From: Amphiscolops sp. MND2022
Lineage: Eukaryota
DNA length: 64,000 nucleotides
Direction: 5' to 3'
Assembly: GCA_964187785.1 (NCBI GenBank)
Contig: OZ076419.1
Span: 7,254,001-7,318,000, forward strand
In this document: positions 11,576-22,590 of the stretch, piece by piece
Layout of the letters: each line of letters begins with the position of its first letter
Numbering within the stretch: position 1 is the first letter of the stretch
The notes under the pieces: generated by a model
Databases searched by the model: none
What the model was told of the DNA's origin: nothing
The model's input: only the letters and a program-made list of their open reading frames with translations
Program-made: the position numbers and the translations under genes

Positions 11576-11926
11576 TTAACTCTTCTTCAATAAGGCTTCG
11601 TCAAAGCGTTTAGGTAAAGAGTCAAAAAGATAATTTGGAATAGTGTCATCAATTATTTCTGTAATTGTATGAAGCTTATAACTCCAGTTTATTGAATCAC
11701 TTTTTGAAAAAATATTTCTTGTGCCAGCAGTTCTGACTAAATCACCTAATTTATATTTTGGTTTTCGTTTTGTTCTTTTGTCTTGTAGAGTTGTGTTTAC
11801 TCCACTTTCATTAGACTTTTTCGATGGCTGAATTGGCGACATCTTAGTTGAGCTGTAGATTTTGTTGTTGTACTTAGCTGTAATTGTTGAAAGTTCATCT
11901 ATCCAGTTAGCATTTCCTTTTTCAAA
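11576..11926 (-). pseudogene. Polinton retroviral-like integrase, C-terminal part
   Basis: NWIDELSTITAKYNNKIYSSTKMSP...KYKLGDLVR...NIFSKSDSINWSYKLHTITEI matches the Polinton integrase tail (W...L..LV..YN...HS...M.P; KF.VGD.VRI....IF.KG...NW). Confidence 0.85.
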
Positions 11927-13280
11927 TGGAGGAGAATGAAGTAGTCGAATTCCGTGGGCTGAAGAGTACTTTATTGGCGGGTTTCCTTAGCACTGACAAA
12001 CAGAAATGATTCGCACTTGAAATGGATAATTCGCCCACAATAATATGCAACAAAACCGTGCATCCTACAATAAAACAAAACGTTTGTGTCATACTTGACA
12101 ACTGGGATTTGGAATTTCTTGAAGTCAACTCGGTCGATGCTTCTATGCTTTTCCAAAGTCGATTGGAAATAGTATATGCGCGCGGAGTACAAGAGACGGA
12201 GGATCTTTGGGTAGAAATATACGTTCAGAAATGCAAGATAACCATCTCAGAGAGCAATTGAAATTGTCACTCATTTCTAACGTGGTGTGGTGAGTATGGT
12301 GTTAGGAGTCGGAGGTGTAGGGGTGCATGTGGAGCGAGCAGGCGGAGTGGTTTACCTGCATCGATGCGCAAAAAATGGAAGTAATGGTGATCGAAAACAC
12401 CTTTTACACCGAAGACGTAGCAGTACGCCTAGGTGTGGACGGAAACTCTGAAATAACATACATGCATCCGATTACACGATTTTTCTATACTAACTACACA
12501 ATGACTGAATGCAACCCTATTCATCCCAATTTACTGAAGTTCGCAAACGGTACGTGGATAACATACGGGAAAAAAAAGAAAGAGCCAGAGTGGAACCAAC
12601 ACCAATTTTCCATGATACTAGACGTGAAATGAGACCCCACGAGTTCGTAGGGCTAAAAGAAAACGGACTTTTCACGATGGAGGATCTGTGGAGGAGTAGC
12701 AAAGCATGGGCATTGAAGCACAGTCGAACTACAGTCACAGGACGGGAAGTTTACTTAGGTCCACGAGGAGCATACGGCCATGCAGGATACTTTCATCTGA
12801 ATTTGCCAAGTAGACAGCTGTGTTTCAGCTGGAGCCTTCTCAAGTGTTTTGAGAACGTAAAAAGAGAAACGTAGTTTGTATGGTGGATAGCGAGAGAAAT
12901 CGCGCTATCTATGTTGACTTTGATGCTTTTCGGTACGCTTTTCAGATTTTTATACAAATTGTTTTTCATGATCCAACTTAAGAAGCTAGGAACAACCACC
13001 AGGTTCGTTTTACAACCTTTCAACCCGTTTTACGAGTATAGTAAGTACCTTGCTGAAGTCAAGAGTCTTAAGGGAGAGCATGCTGAAGAAGAGCAATCGA
13101 ATATAGATGAAAACGCAGTGTAAATTAGCAGCGTATAAATTTTCCAAATTAAAATTGAAAACATGCTGGTTGAATTTTTTTGATCAGAGATGGACGGAGG
13201 ACGAGTAAATGAATACGTCTACTACCTTCCTGAACTGTATCCAATTAAAATGGAGGTATCTCCAGGACTTTACAGAGTGC
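11927..13280 (+). repeat. Direct copy of 15088-16442 (3' half of env plus start of accessory gene A)
   Basis: Near-identical sequence at an offset of ~3161-3162 bp. The ORF track shows paired ORFs (12022/15183, 12911/16073, 13190/16352). Confidence 0.95.
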
Positions 13281-14280
13281 GGGAAGGAAATGCAATGAAT
13301 GAGCGAACCAACAGGACATTGGAGGAGAGCATTACTAAATATGTGAGTGAACATCAGCATGAATGGAAAAACTACCTGCAATTGGTAACGATGGCCTACC
13401 GTTCCTCGGTACACGCAGTAACGAAGTATAGTCCTGCATACGTTATTTTTGGGACACCACTAAAACTTCCAATTGATTGGTTGTACGAGACGCGTCATAC
13501 AGAGTTAAATCCAACACCTAGTGATTTCATATTTAAAACAAGGCGTGAGCTACGGAAAGCACATCATCAGATCAGGATTCATATGGAAGAACAAACTAGA
13601 CAGAAAACCCTCTTTGATTACCGCGCACCACGTACAAAGAAGGACAGCAAGTTCTTGTCTTTTTCTCAACAGTAAAAAAAGGAGAAACAAAAAAGTTCAC
13701 ATCTTTCTACAAAGGACCTTACACAATTGTCGAAATTAATAACGACCTTAATTTTCGGGTTTGTCACAATGACACAAAGAAAATTAATGAGGTGCATTAC
13801 GATAGATTGAAACAAAATAGGAATAGGGAGCGAACATGTGTCAAAATTACCGAAACTAGGAGACAAAGTGATTTGGAGGAAAAATCATTCATCGAAAAAG
13901 TTGACGACGACTTCATTGAAATTGAAGTCGAGCAAACAAACGAACCGAAAAGGGCGGAACAGAGAGAAAATTTTCAGAATGAAAACCCTGAGACAGCTCA
14001 TCCACACAATGATGCCATAACCGTGGAAGAAGATCCTAACGAGCGACCGTGTAGCGAGTCTTCAAAGAAGGACGGAAGTAGCAGTCAACGAGATAACTTC
14101 TTGACCGAACCAATTAAACAAAAAAAAATCAGAACAAAAAAAACGGAAAACATTCCACAACCTAGAGAAAAGAGCACGCGTATCCAATCCGTACCGAAAC
14201 GCTTTGCTGACTACTTTGTGTATAACCCCGATGACGACAATTTCGATACAGATGACGTTCTTACTTCAGGAAGCAAGTGA
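13281..14280 (+). pseudogene. Gypsy integrase C-terminus with GPY/F module
   Basis: NERTNRTLEESITKYV...WKNYLQLVTMAYRSSVHAVTKYSPAYVIFG (integrase core end), then FYKGPYTIVEI...VHYDRLKQ (GPY) and an acidic tail ending VPKRFADY. Confidence 0.9.
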
Positions 14281-14286
14281 AGCACA

Positions 14287-16285
14287 ATGAGAGGAAACAA
14301 ACCTAACAAAGAGGGTTAACACGTACTAGTGTTCTGCGCGTTCATGGCAATCTGTTGGAATATCACAATATGCGAAGAAATAAGAATAGTGGCATATGAC
14401 TTCGAGCAAATTGTGACAACATCAGTGTTTTCTCTTCCTGAACAAGAAACTGGATGTTCTCGAGAGTCGAGAACAAGAAAGAAAGTAACGAAGGCTACAA
14501 TTATTTTTCATGGAAGCAATGCGGAAATTGAGTTGAGGTTTTGTCACTATCAAGGGTCATATACAGTACAACACATAAAAAATCCAATGTTTACGATGAC
14601 GGATTATACTTACACCAAGAATCAAAAATTCTACCTACGTTTTACCTCTTGTCGATAGAAAAGTGTCAGTCTATATGGATTAGAGAAGGATTCAAGTTAC
14701 CGGGTTTCGGTAACCAAGAATTCCAACTTAGCACTGCTGAATTAAACAAGGTGACAAGTAACAGGGCAGAAACCACGGAAACGTTTGACTACTCAGCAGT
14801 GTTTATGAAAAGAAGAGGGCGTGGAATTGGCTATGCATATCCAGGAGAGTGGACCACACCTCTTGGAGAAACAATCGTTGGTTCTGTTATGATCAACGCG
14901 CGTCTAGCAATAGGCAAAGTTTACGCTAGAAAAAGAATGCACATGGACGAGTTGCTATTGACTTAGAAAGACCCCGTCGGTAATGAACAATCAAGGATTG
15001 AAATTGAGGAGGACTTTGAACATGATTTTGTGGTTTACTTGACAAAAAATACAACGGAATGTAAATGGTCAAAACTGGTTACCATAGTGGAGGAGAATGA
15101 AGTAGTCGAATTCCGTGGGCTGAAGAGTACTTTACTGGCGGGTTTCCTTAGCACTGACAAACAGAAATGATTCGCACTTGAAATGGATAATTCGCCCACA
15201 ATAATATGCAACAAAACCGTGCATCCTACAATAATACAAAACGTTTATGTCATACTTGACAACTGGGATTTGGAATTTCTTGGAGTCAATTCGGTCGATG
15301 CTTCTTTGCTTTTCCAAAGTCGATTGGAAATAGTATATGCGCGCGGAGTACAAGAGACGGAGGATCTTTGGGTAGAAATAGACGTTCAGAAATGCAAGAT
15401 AACCATCTCAGAGAGCAATTGAAATTGTCACTCAATTCTAACGTGGTGTGGTCAGTATGGTGTTAGGAGTCGGAGGTGTAGGGGTGCATGTGGAGCGAGC
15501 AGGCGGAGTGGTTTACCTGCATCGATGCGCAAAAAATGGAAGTAATGGTGATCGAAAGCACCTTTTACTCTGAAGACGTAGCAGTACGCCTAGGTGTAGA
15601 CTGAAACTCTGAAATAACATACATGCATCCGAATACACGATTTTTCTATACTAACTACACAATGACTGAATGCAGCCCTATTTATCCCAATTTACTGAAG
15701 TTGGCAAACGGTACGTGGATACCATACGGGAAAAAAATAGAAAGAGCCAGAGTGGAACCAACACCAATTTTCCATGATACTAGACGTGAAATGAGACCCC
15801 ACGAGTTCGTAGGGCTCAAAGAAAACGGACTTTTCACGATGGAGGATCTGTGGAGGAGTAGCAAAGCATGGGCATATAAGCACAGTCGAACTACAGTCAC
15901 AGGACGGGAAGTTTACTTAGGTCCACGATGAGCATACGGCCATGCAGGGTACTTTCATCTGAATTTGCCAAGTAGACAGCTGTGTTTCAGCTGGAGCCTT
16001 CTCAAGTGTTTTGAGAACGTAAAAAGAGAAACGTAGTTTGTACGGTGGATAGCGAGAGAAATCGCGCTATCTATGTTGACTTTGATGCTTTTCGGTACGC
16101 TTTTCAGATTTTTATACAAATTGTTTTTCATGATCCAAATTAAGAAGCTAGGAACAACCACCAGGTTCGTTTTACAACCTTTCAACCCGTTTTACGAGTA
16201 TAGTAAGTACCTTGCTGAAGTCAAGAGTCTTAAGGGAGAGCATGCTGAAGAAGAGCAATCGAATATAGATGAAAACGCAGTGTAA
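14287..16285 (+). pseudogene. env: env-like class III fusion glycoprotein (chuvirus G / herpesvirus gB-like), ~665 codons, several stops and frameshifts
   Basis: Signal-like HVLVFCAFMAICWNITIC, then IVAYD.EQIVTTSVFSL...C, then GVHVERAGGVVYLHRCAK-MEVMV, MHPNTRFFYTNYTMTECSPIYPNLLKLANGTW and GLKENGLFTMEDL. A C-terminal hydrophobic segment IALSMLTLMLFGTLFRFLYKLFFMI follows. Motif order matches chuvirus-type glycoproteins as I recall them. Confidence 0.75.
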
Positions 16286-16351
16286 ATTAGCAGCGTATAA
16301 ATTTTCCAAATTAAAATTGAAAACATGCTGGTTGAACTTTTTTGATCAGAG

Positions 16352-17063
16352 ATGGACGGAGGACGAGTAAATGAACACGTCTACTACCTTCCTGAACTGT
16401 ATCCAATTAAAACGGAGGTATCTCCAGGACTTTACAGAGTGCAGGGATGTATTTCCGGGCATCGGAAAGTTGCCACCGAAGACACGCTCGCTGCCGCTAA
16501 CATCAAAAACAGGGCAGATGTTACTAATCCACAACTGATCGGGCTTCGGCAAGGACTGGATATGGCGAAATTAAAAACTGAATCGTTGGAGGAACAACTC
16601 CAGTCCAGGGAGAAGCATATCAACGGGGAGCGAGAAGAGCAGCGGAGGAAAATTCTCGAACTTGAGTTCGACAACAGAGTGCAGCGAGAAAAAATACGAA
16701 GGCTGGGGGAAGATCTCGAGCGCCAAAAGATACTTGTGAAGAGTGAGAGAAACAAAGCCAGAGTAACGGAAAAACTTAATAGGGAGTTGAAACAAAGAAA
16801 ACCTCATCCAACGTCCGTTCACACCGTATGAGATTCTTTTCGTATAGGATGACGCAGACGTTGAGGATATCAAACGTATATACCAAAAATTAGCTGCCTT
16901 AACTCATCCTAATCCTGATGCTGGCGGATGTGAGGAACACTTCAAAACAATCCATAGGGCGTATCTTATTCTGAGTAACCAGAATGCAAGAAACATATAC
17001 GACACATTCGGGTTAGAGAGGGCAGAAGAAGAGTTAACCCGGAGAGCTAATTGGAGTGACTAA
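16352..17063 (+). pseudogene. Accessory gene A: N-domain, coiled coil and DnaJ J-domain (frameshift near 16800, one stop)
   Basis: ORF 16352-16831 is coiled-coil-rich. The overlapping frame from 16824 reads PYEILFV*DDADVEDIKRIYQKLAALTHPNPDAGGCEEHFKTIHRAYLILSNQNARNIYDTFG, a J-domain with HPNPD at 16905-16919. Confidence 0.8.
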
Positions 17064-17377
17064 CTGAAATGAACTGTTAACTTTATAATTTTTTTCGTAC
17101 TTTTGATTTTAAAAAAATAATGATAATCATATGAAAAAAACTGAGACACAAAGGTCTCTAGGTGGAAATAACCTAAAAAGGGGGCAATTAAAGTGTGTTC
17201 ACTTTAAAAAAAAAAGGCAAGGTGAGAGTCACCTGTTGATTGAAAAACTTGATAATGAACATGTCGAGTTCGACAAATTCCATGTCTAGCGGGTATCGCT
17301 AGGCACCGTCTCAATTGTTTTAGGTGCAGTAATTATACAATTATACTCAAGTGTGGCGCTGATTTTGGTGTTTAAGC

Positions 17378-18168
17378 ATGCATCCTTCAGCTGTGGACAT
17401 TGTCTACTACCTGCCTGAGGTTTTTGTGGTGAAGTCTCAGATGTCATCTGGAGTGTTCCGGATGGAAGGCCTAGTCAGCAAAACTCGGAAAGTTGCGGCA
17501 GCTGACACCCTCTTTCCAGTGAGGCTGGTTAGGAGAGCTGAGATGAACGACGAAGGACTGTCAATACTGCGAAACAAATATGCAGGACTGATGACGGAAC
17601 GGCAATCTTTTGTTTTTCAACTGGATGCTCTCAAAGCTGAAATCCTCAGTTGGCAGAAGAAAGCAGACATCATTGACGGCCAACTACAACTCTGGAAGGG
17701 GGCAACAAATCAGCGGCAACAATTCTTGACTGAGTACAAGGAAACGTCGAAGAAATTGAGGCGACAAGTGGACAGCTTGAAGCTGACTATGCCGCAGCGA
17801 TAACTGCAATAGAGGAGAGTCGCAGTTGAGAACAAAACTTGGTGGAGGAGCTGCAGTTGTAGGGCAAAGCTATCAATGGTCTCCAGAGAGAACTGGAAAC
17901 CAGAGAAATCTTCAAAATGGGCGACAAGCTGACGCTATACGACCAACTTATGGTGTCGTCCAATGTTTCAGTCGAGACCATTGCAAAAAGATTCAAAAAA
18001 CTCAGCCTGTTCTGCCACCCAGATGATGGAGGCTCCTATGACGTGTTTGTTCGGCTTCAGATGGCACATCGGATACTAAGTGACCCCGAGGCAAGACTCC
18101 GATACGAAGCTGAGGGATGTGAGGCAGCAGGGGTGTTTCTCAGTTTTAAAAACAACAGCAAAGACTAA
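17378..18168 (+). pseudogene. Accessory gene B, paralogue of A: N-domain, coiled coil and J-domain with intact HPD
   Basis: VYYLPEVFVVKSQMSSGVFRMEGLVSKTRKVAAADTL aligns with gene A VYYLPELYPIKTEVSPGLYRVQGCISGHRKVATEDTL. The J-domain reads LYDQLMVS...IAKRFKKLSLFCHPDDGGSYDVFVRLQMAHRILSDPEARLRYE (HPD at 18016-18024). Confidence 0.85.
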
Positions 18169-18230
18169 TGATTTGCGTGTTTTAATGTTTGCTTGTTTAT
18201 TTCTTCTAAGCGGCGAATAACTTCTCATAT

Positions 18231-18659
18231 AGGGGGGAGCAATATAGGAAACTTAAAAAAGATTAAACTTCAAACGTTGGGACAGATTTACGATGAGAAA
18301 CAAATTATTGTTATCAGACATATTCGAATAAAGGTTGTCGGGGATCGACAATCCTAGGTTAAGCAACTGTCGGGGTTCGACAGTAAGATATCCAAAGTAA
18401 GTAAGAAACCGTCGGGTTTAGACGGACTGTATTGAGAAAATATAAAAACCTTCAGATATCGGCGGATTTCGCCAGACTATCATAAAGATAAAGGGTATTT
18501 AGGCAATATGAGAAGTTGGCCAATTGCTTTTCGCCTACTGTCAAAATTCCTAGAGCTATATCTCACATTGAATACATTCATAAATTCAAATAAACATTTC
18601 TTCTATCGGACATAGAATTAATTCTTCTATAACCACGTTTTCGTATTGAGGACGTTACA
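18231..18659 (+). repeat. Polypurine tract (18231-18242) and putative 3' LTR (18243-18659)
   Basis: AGGGGGGAGCAA is followed by TATAGG... and the segment ends ...GACGTTACA. It contains TATAAAA (18441) and AATAAA (~18588). No partner LTR in the window, and the 5' end reads TA rather than TG. Confidence 0.6.
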
Positions 18660-18699
18660 ACCCCAAGCACCGCCTCGGGGCTAGACGCTAGAACACCGT

Positions 18700-21600
18700 C
18701 GCTCAGGTTACTAGAAAAGACTAGATTATAGAATAGATGTTTCACAATCTAAGGCCGAAGCCTTTGGTGATTGGCTCTTTGCTGTTTGGGTTCCCCTTCC
18801 ATCGTCATTTCGTATTTCAAATTTCTCCAGGTGTTGTCCAATTTCGCTTTAAAAACGGCAAGGGTTCCTGCCGACGTGACATCATCTGGCAGGCTATTCC
18901 AGTCATTGGCTGCTCTTACAGTGAAAAAATTTCCTCTTGTTGATGCTCTCGATGGCTGCACCACAAGTTTTCTTTGATTTCCTCTTGTGATTCTGTCATT
19001 TTCCATCAGCATCCCTCCAGTGACTCTCTTATCATACACTCCATTGAGTATCTTGTAAACTTCAATCATCCTACCCCGTTTCCTCCTGAAGTCCAGGGTG
19101 GGTAGGTCTAGTTTCATCAATCGTTGTTCATAAGGGAGAGATGCGAGAGAAGGGAGGAGTCTTGTCGCTCGTCTCTGGGCATTTTCGAGGTTACTTCTGT
19201 GTTTTTGGAAATGTGGATGCCATGCTTGGTTACAATATTCCAAGTGGGTTCTGACAAGCGTCTTAATTAGTACACTCAGTGACTGGCAGTTCAATTTCAT
19301 GAAACATTTTTTGATAATAGCAAGCATTGAATTCGCTTTTTTTTATTTTTTCAGCAATATGCAAGTCAAAATTTAGTTTGTGATCAGTTAGTACACCCAA
19401 GTCTTTTTCACATCTAACATTTTCCAACATCTTTGTTGTGTTCATAAAGTAATGTCTCTCAGTGGAGTCTTTCTTCGTTGTGAGGGTCATTTTCATGCAT
19501 TTTTCTCATTGAATTGAAGTAAACTGCTACTCGACCAGCTTCCCAGCCTTCGGAGGTCATCTTGGAGTATTTTCTGATCTGCGTCTGAGTGTATTTCCCT
19601 GTAGAGCTTCGCGTCATCGGCAAACAGGTAAAATTCTGACTCCACAGCTTCCGGCAAAAAATTTATGTAGATCGTGACTACTACCCTCTGCTGTCTCCCG
19701 GAGAGGAACGCTTTTATCCAGTTTAGAGTTTTTCCATTAACCCCATTTTGTTCGAGAAGAGCTATGAGTCTTCTGTGTGAGACGCTGTCAAACGCTTTCC
19801 GAAAATCGAGGTACACTACATCTACTTCATCCTTATTGTCCAATGCCAAAGTCCACTGATCAAATATTTTCAGAAGTTGAAGAAGCGTTGATCTTTTTGA
19901 CAAGAAGCCACATTGTTTATCACTCAAGATGTCATTATCTGTGAGAAATGTCAGTAGTCTCTTTCCGATAATTCTTTCCATTAGTTTGCAGGGTATTGAG
20001 GTCAGGCTCACTGGACGACAGTTGGTTGCCTCTGATTAATAAATCAGAGGCAACCAACTATCGTCCAGTGAGCCTGACCTCAATCGCCTGCAAACTAATG
20101 GAAAGAATTATCGGAAAAAGAATAATTTGTTTTGACTTGGAAATCGGCACTATGTTAGCCCGCAACCAGTCATCGGGTAGTATTGCAGTATTCCCGGATT
20201 CCGTCATGATTTGAAATAGGAGCGGTGCTATTCCAGACCCTATTTCTTTCAGTATCCTTGGGGAGATGTTTTCCACTCCAGCAGATTTTGCTGTATTAAG
20301 GGCATTAATTTCTTCAAGCACCTCTTTTTCAGTGAAAGTTATGTTATCTTCCATACATTTGTGCGTGGTGTTTATTTGCCAGAGTCCGGGTCCTTCATAT
20401 ACAAAAACGGATTTGAAAAACAACGAGAGTTCTTCTGCTTTCTCCAAATCCGTTTGTGTGAAGCTTCCATCTTCTCGTCTGATTGCTGGAATCGTCTCTC
20501 TTCGTTTTGTTTTTTGGCTAACATAACTCCAAAATGTTTTGGGATTGGACTTTAGGCTATTTGTTACTTCCTGTTCCATTTCTTGGGCAAGATTTCTGGT
20601 TTCTTTCCTCAACGAATTCCTGCTTGCTTTGTACTTTTCGTGATCGTCGGGGGATTTGCTATTAACAAAATTCTTTCAGAGTCGTTTTTTCTTTCTCACT
20701 AGCTCCAGGATGTCCCTGTTAGCGGTATATCGTCTATTTTTGTTCGACTTAATGCTCAATTCCGGGATGAATTTTTTCTTAGCTTTAGTGATTTTGCTTT
20801 TTAGGAAAAGCCATTTCTCATTGACATCTAGCTCATCCGGGATGGTTGTTCCTCTCAAGACTAAATCAACTAGTGATGGTTTATCGTCGCCACGGATACG
20901 TGTTGGTCTGATGGTGTGCTGTGTCAGGTAAGAATCAGCTAAAGCATCAAGAAAGTTGTTCTCCTTGCTTCCTACTACTGTGTTAGAGGTGTTGGATTTC
21001 CAATCTATTTTTGGAAGATTGAGATCCCCGGTCATCAGGAAATTGCTTCTCTGTGATTCTTTCCTGATAAAGTCGTTGATCATGATATTATTTTCGGTAG
21101 AGGAGTTTGGACTACGGTAAACAGATGCCAGGAACAATGTTTCCATTTGTAGTTTGATAGAGACATAGAGTAACTCGTCATTTTCCTTTTTGTGTCAATG
21201 GGGCGGTAGTCAAGATCACCTCTCGAAAAGAGTGACATTCCTCTCCCTTTGTCTGTGAGTTTCATGTTTAGGGGTTCCATGTTGTACGATGGGATCTGGA
21301 CTGTTACAGGATTGAAGTCTGTTTTCGAGTATTTTGGTTTAGCCTCAGAGATTGCAATAACATGCGGTAAAGTACTTCGATTATAGATTGTTTGTAGGAG
21401 CTCCAGCATTTTGTCTTTTGTTAAGGTGTCGGCGTTGTTGGACATAATGTTGAGGTTCATCTCTTTTCCTTATTTCATTGCGTTCTCTTTTTGTTTTTTA
21501 CAATGGTTGTTCCTTGGACGATGTGCATGAAATCTCCAGTCTCTTGTTCGGTTAGGTTTTTTGCCGCTGGATCAAATTTCTGACTTCTTCTCTCTCTTTC

Positions 21601-22590
21601 ATTGAACGATCCGGACTGATTCAAAGATTCCGTAATTCATCTGGTGCATTCTTCAACTTTCGCAGGTTTTTCATAACAGTTTCCACCTCGCTGCTATTGT
21701 TAAGTGTAACCATTAGCTGTCGGTGATGTTCAGTCAACGGTGTGTCTTTTTCTTGCGAAGTGTCCGTCTTTTTGCCGAGACGAGTTGTCTTCTCAACAAC
21801 ATCATAGCTAAGCTCCAACTCCTCTAGGAAACTTCGAACATGGTTTTTGTCTCCTTCTTTGCGGTCTTCCTGACTTCCAGTGGGTTGGGTGGGCGGAAGT
21901 AGGTCGAAGGAACGGGATCGAAAATCAGAGTTAGTCCTCAGGTCGACATACCAAATTTTAGAATGGGATCGAAAAAACTCGGATCGAAATTCTTTTAACG
22001 TAGTCAGATATGTTCACATACCCCTAGTGCCCTGAATGCAGGAGCGAAGCGAAGCGGAGCGACGTGCCATATGGCCATGCCTCAAGGTTGCTACTTGGCG
22101 AAGGGAGCGAAGCGACCGAGCCATACAACAAATACGATAAAATTCGACCGCATTCCATTCAATCCCTGCAATTCAATCAAAAGGTTCGACCTCTGTCCTT
22201 TCGACCCGGTAAATTCGACCTATTTACAGCCACCCCAGTGGATTGCTCTGCTGCTCTGTGTATGATGAAATTTTTCTTTCGTCTCTCCTCCTTTTCTTCT
22301 CCCTTACTTGCTCTGCGTTTGCCTCCAGGATTATGTCTTTCAATGGTTTGACGGGTATGTCTTCAGTTTTAGCCCATTCGTTCGCTTTCTGCGTTCTATT
22401 GGGACCGTTTACAAAGCAGTGGAAATCTTTCATCAGGGTTTTGACGCAGTTGATGGTTGTATCAAGATCCTTCCGTATCTGGTCCGTCTCTTCACTCCGC
22501 GGTTTATCATTCTTTTCATTGTTAATCAAGGTTGTCACTGCTATGCTGCATTTACTGCAGCACCAGAGGGCAGAGGGCTCTTTGTAAGAA
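18700..22590 (-). mobile_element. CR1-clade LINE, degraded and 5'-truncated: ORF1 (22590-21480) and ORF2 EN-RT (21460-18749)
   Basis: APE motifs (NADTL, VIAISEAKPK, SVYRSPNS, MTGDLNLP, LVDLVL) and RT motifs (NYRPVSLTS, VYLDFRKAFDSV, LFADDAKLY). CR1-type C-terminus RRKRGRMIEVYKIL...FFTVRAANDWNSLP. ORF1 NFIIHRAAEQ...TRLGKK is restored when the 21882-22236 insert is removed. The GVPQGS motif appears deleted. Confidence 0.92.
21882..22236. mobile_element. ~355-bp non-autonomous TIR element (second copy at 45880-46235; partial copy at 26348-26569)
   Basis: TIRs G-run-TGG...AAATAGGTCGAA / TTCGACCTATTT...CCA-C-run. Apparent 3-bp TSD (AGT here, TTG at 45877/46236), although microhomology blurs the boundary. 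Confidence 0.8.

Larger units (their letters stand above)
4918..11926 (-). mobile_element. Polinton/Maverick (adintovirus-like) fragment, truncated at 11926; left boundary uncertain
   Basis: AT-rich block with co-oriented Polinton-type integrase C-terminus, protein-primed PolB and small accessory ORFs. Short ~33-bp tandem repeats at 4920-5000 may be sub-terminal. No capsid, ATPase or protease in this fragment. Confidence 0.88.
13281..18659 (+). mobile_element. Ty3/Gypsy LTR retrotransposon, 3' half: integrase C-terminus, env, two J-domain genes, PPT, 3' LTR
   Basis: Collinear same-strand components ending in a PPT and an LTR-like segment. The 5' half (gag, RT) is absent. Confidence 0.85.

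Noticed and set aside
13190-13675. 161-aa ORF as a distinct gene
   Set aside because: It is a junction chimera of the gene A N-terminus and Gypsy integrase at 13280/13281.
19674-20931. Plus-strand ORFs opposite the LINE and similar antisense ORFs opposite gag, pol and pPolB
   Set aside because: Shadow frames of real coding sequence with no independent motifs.
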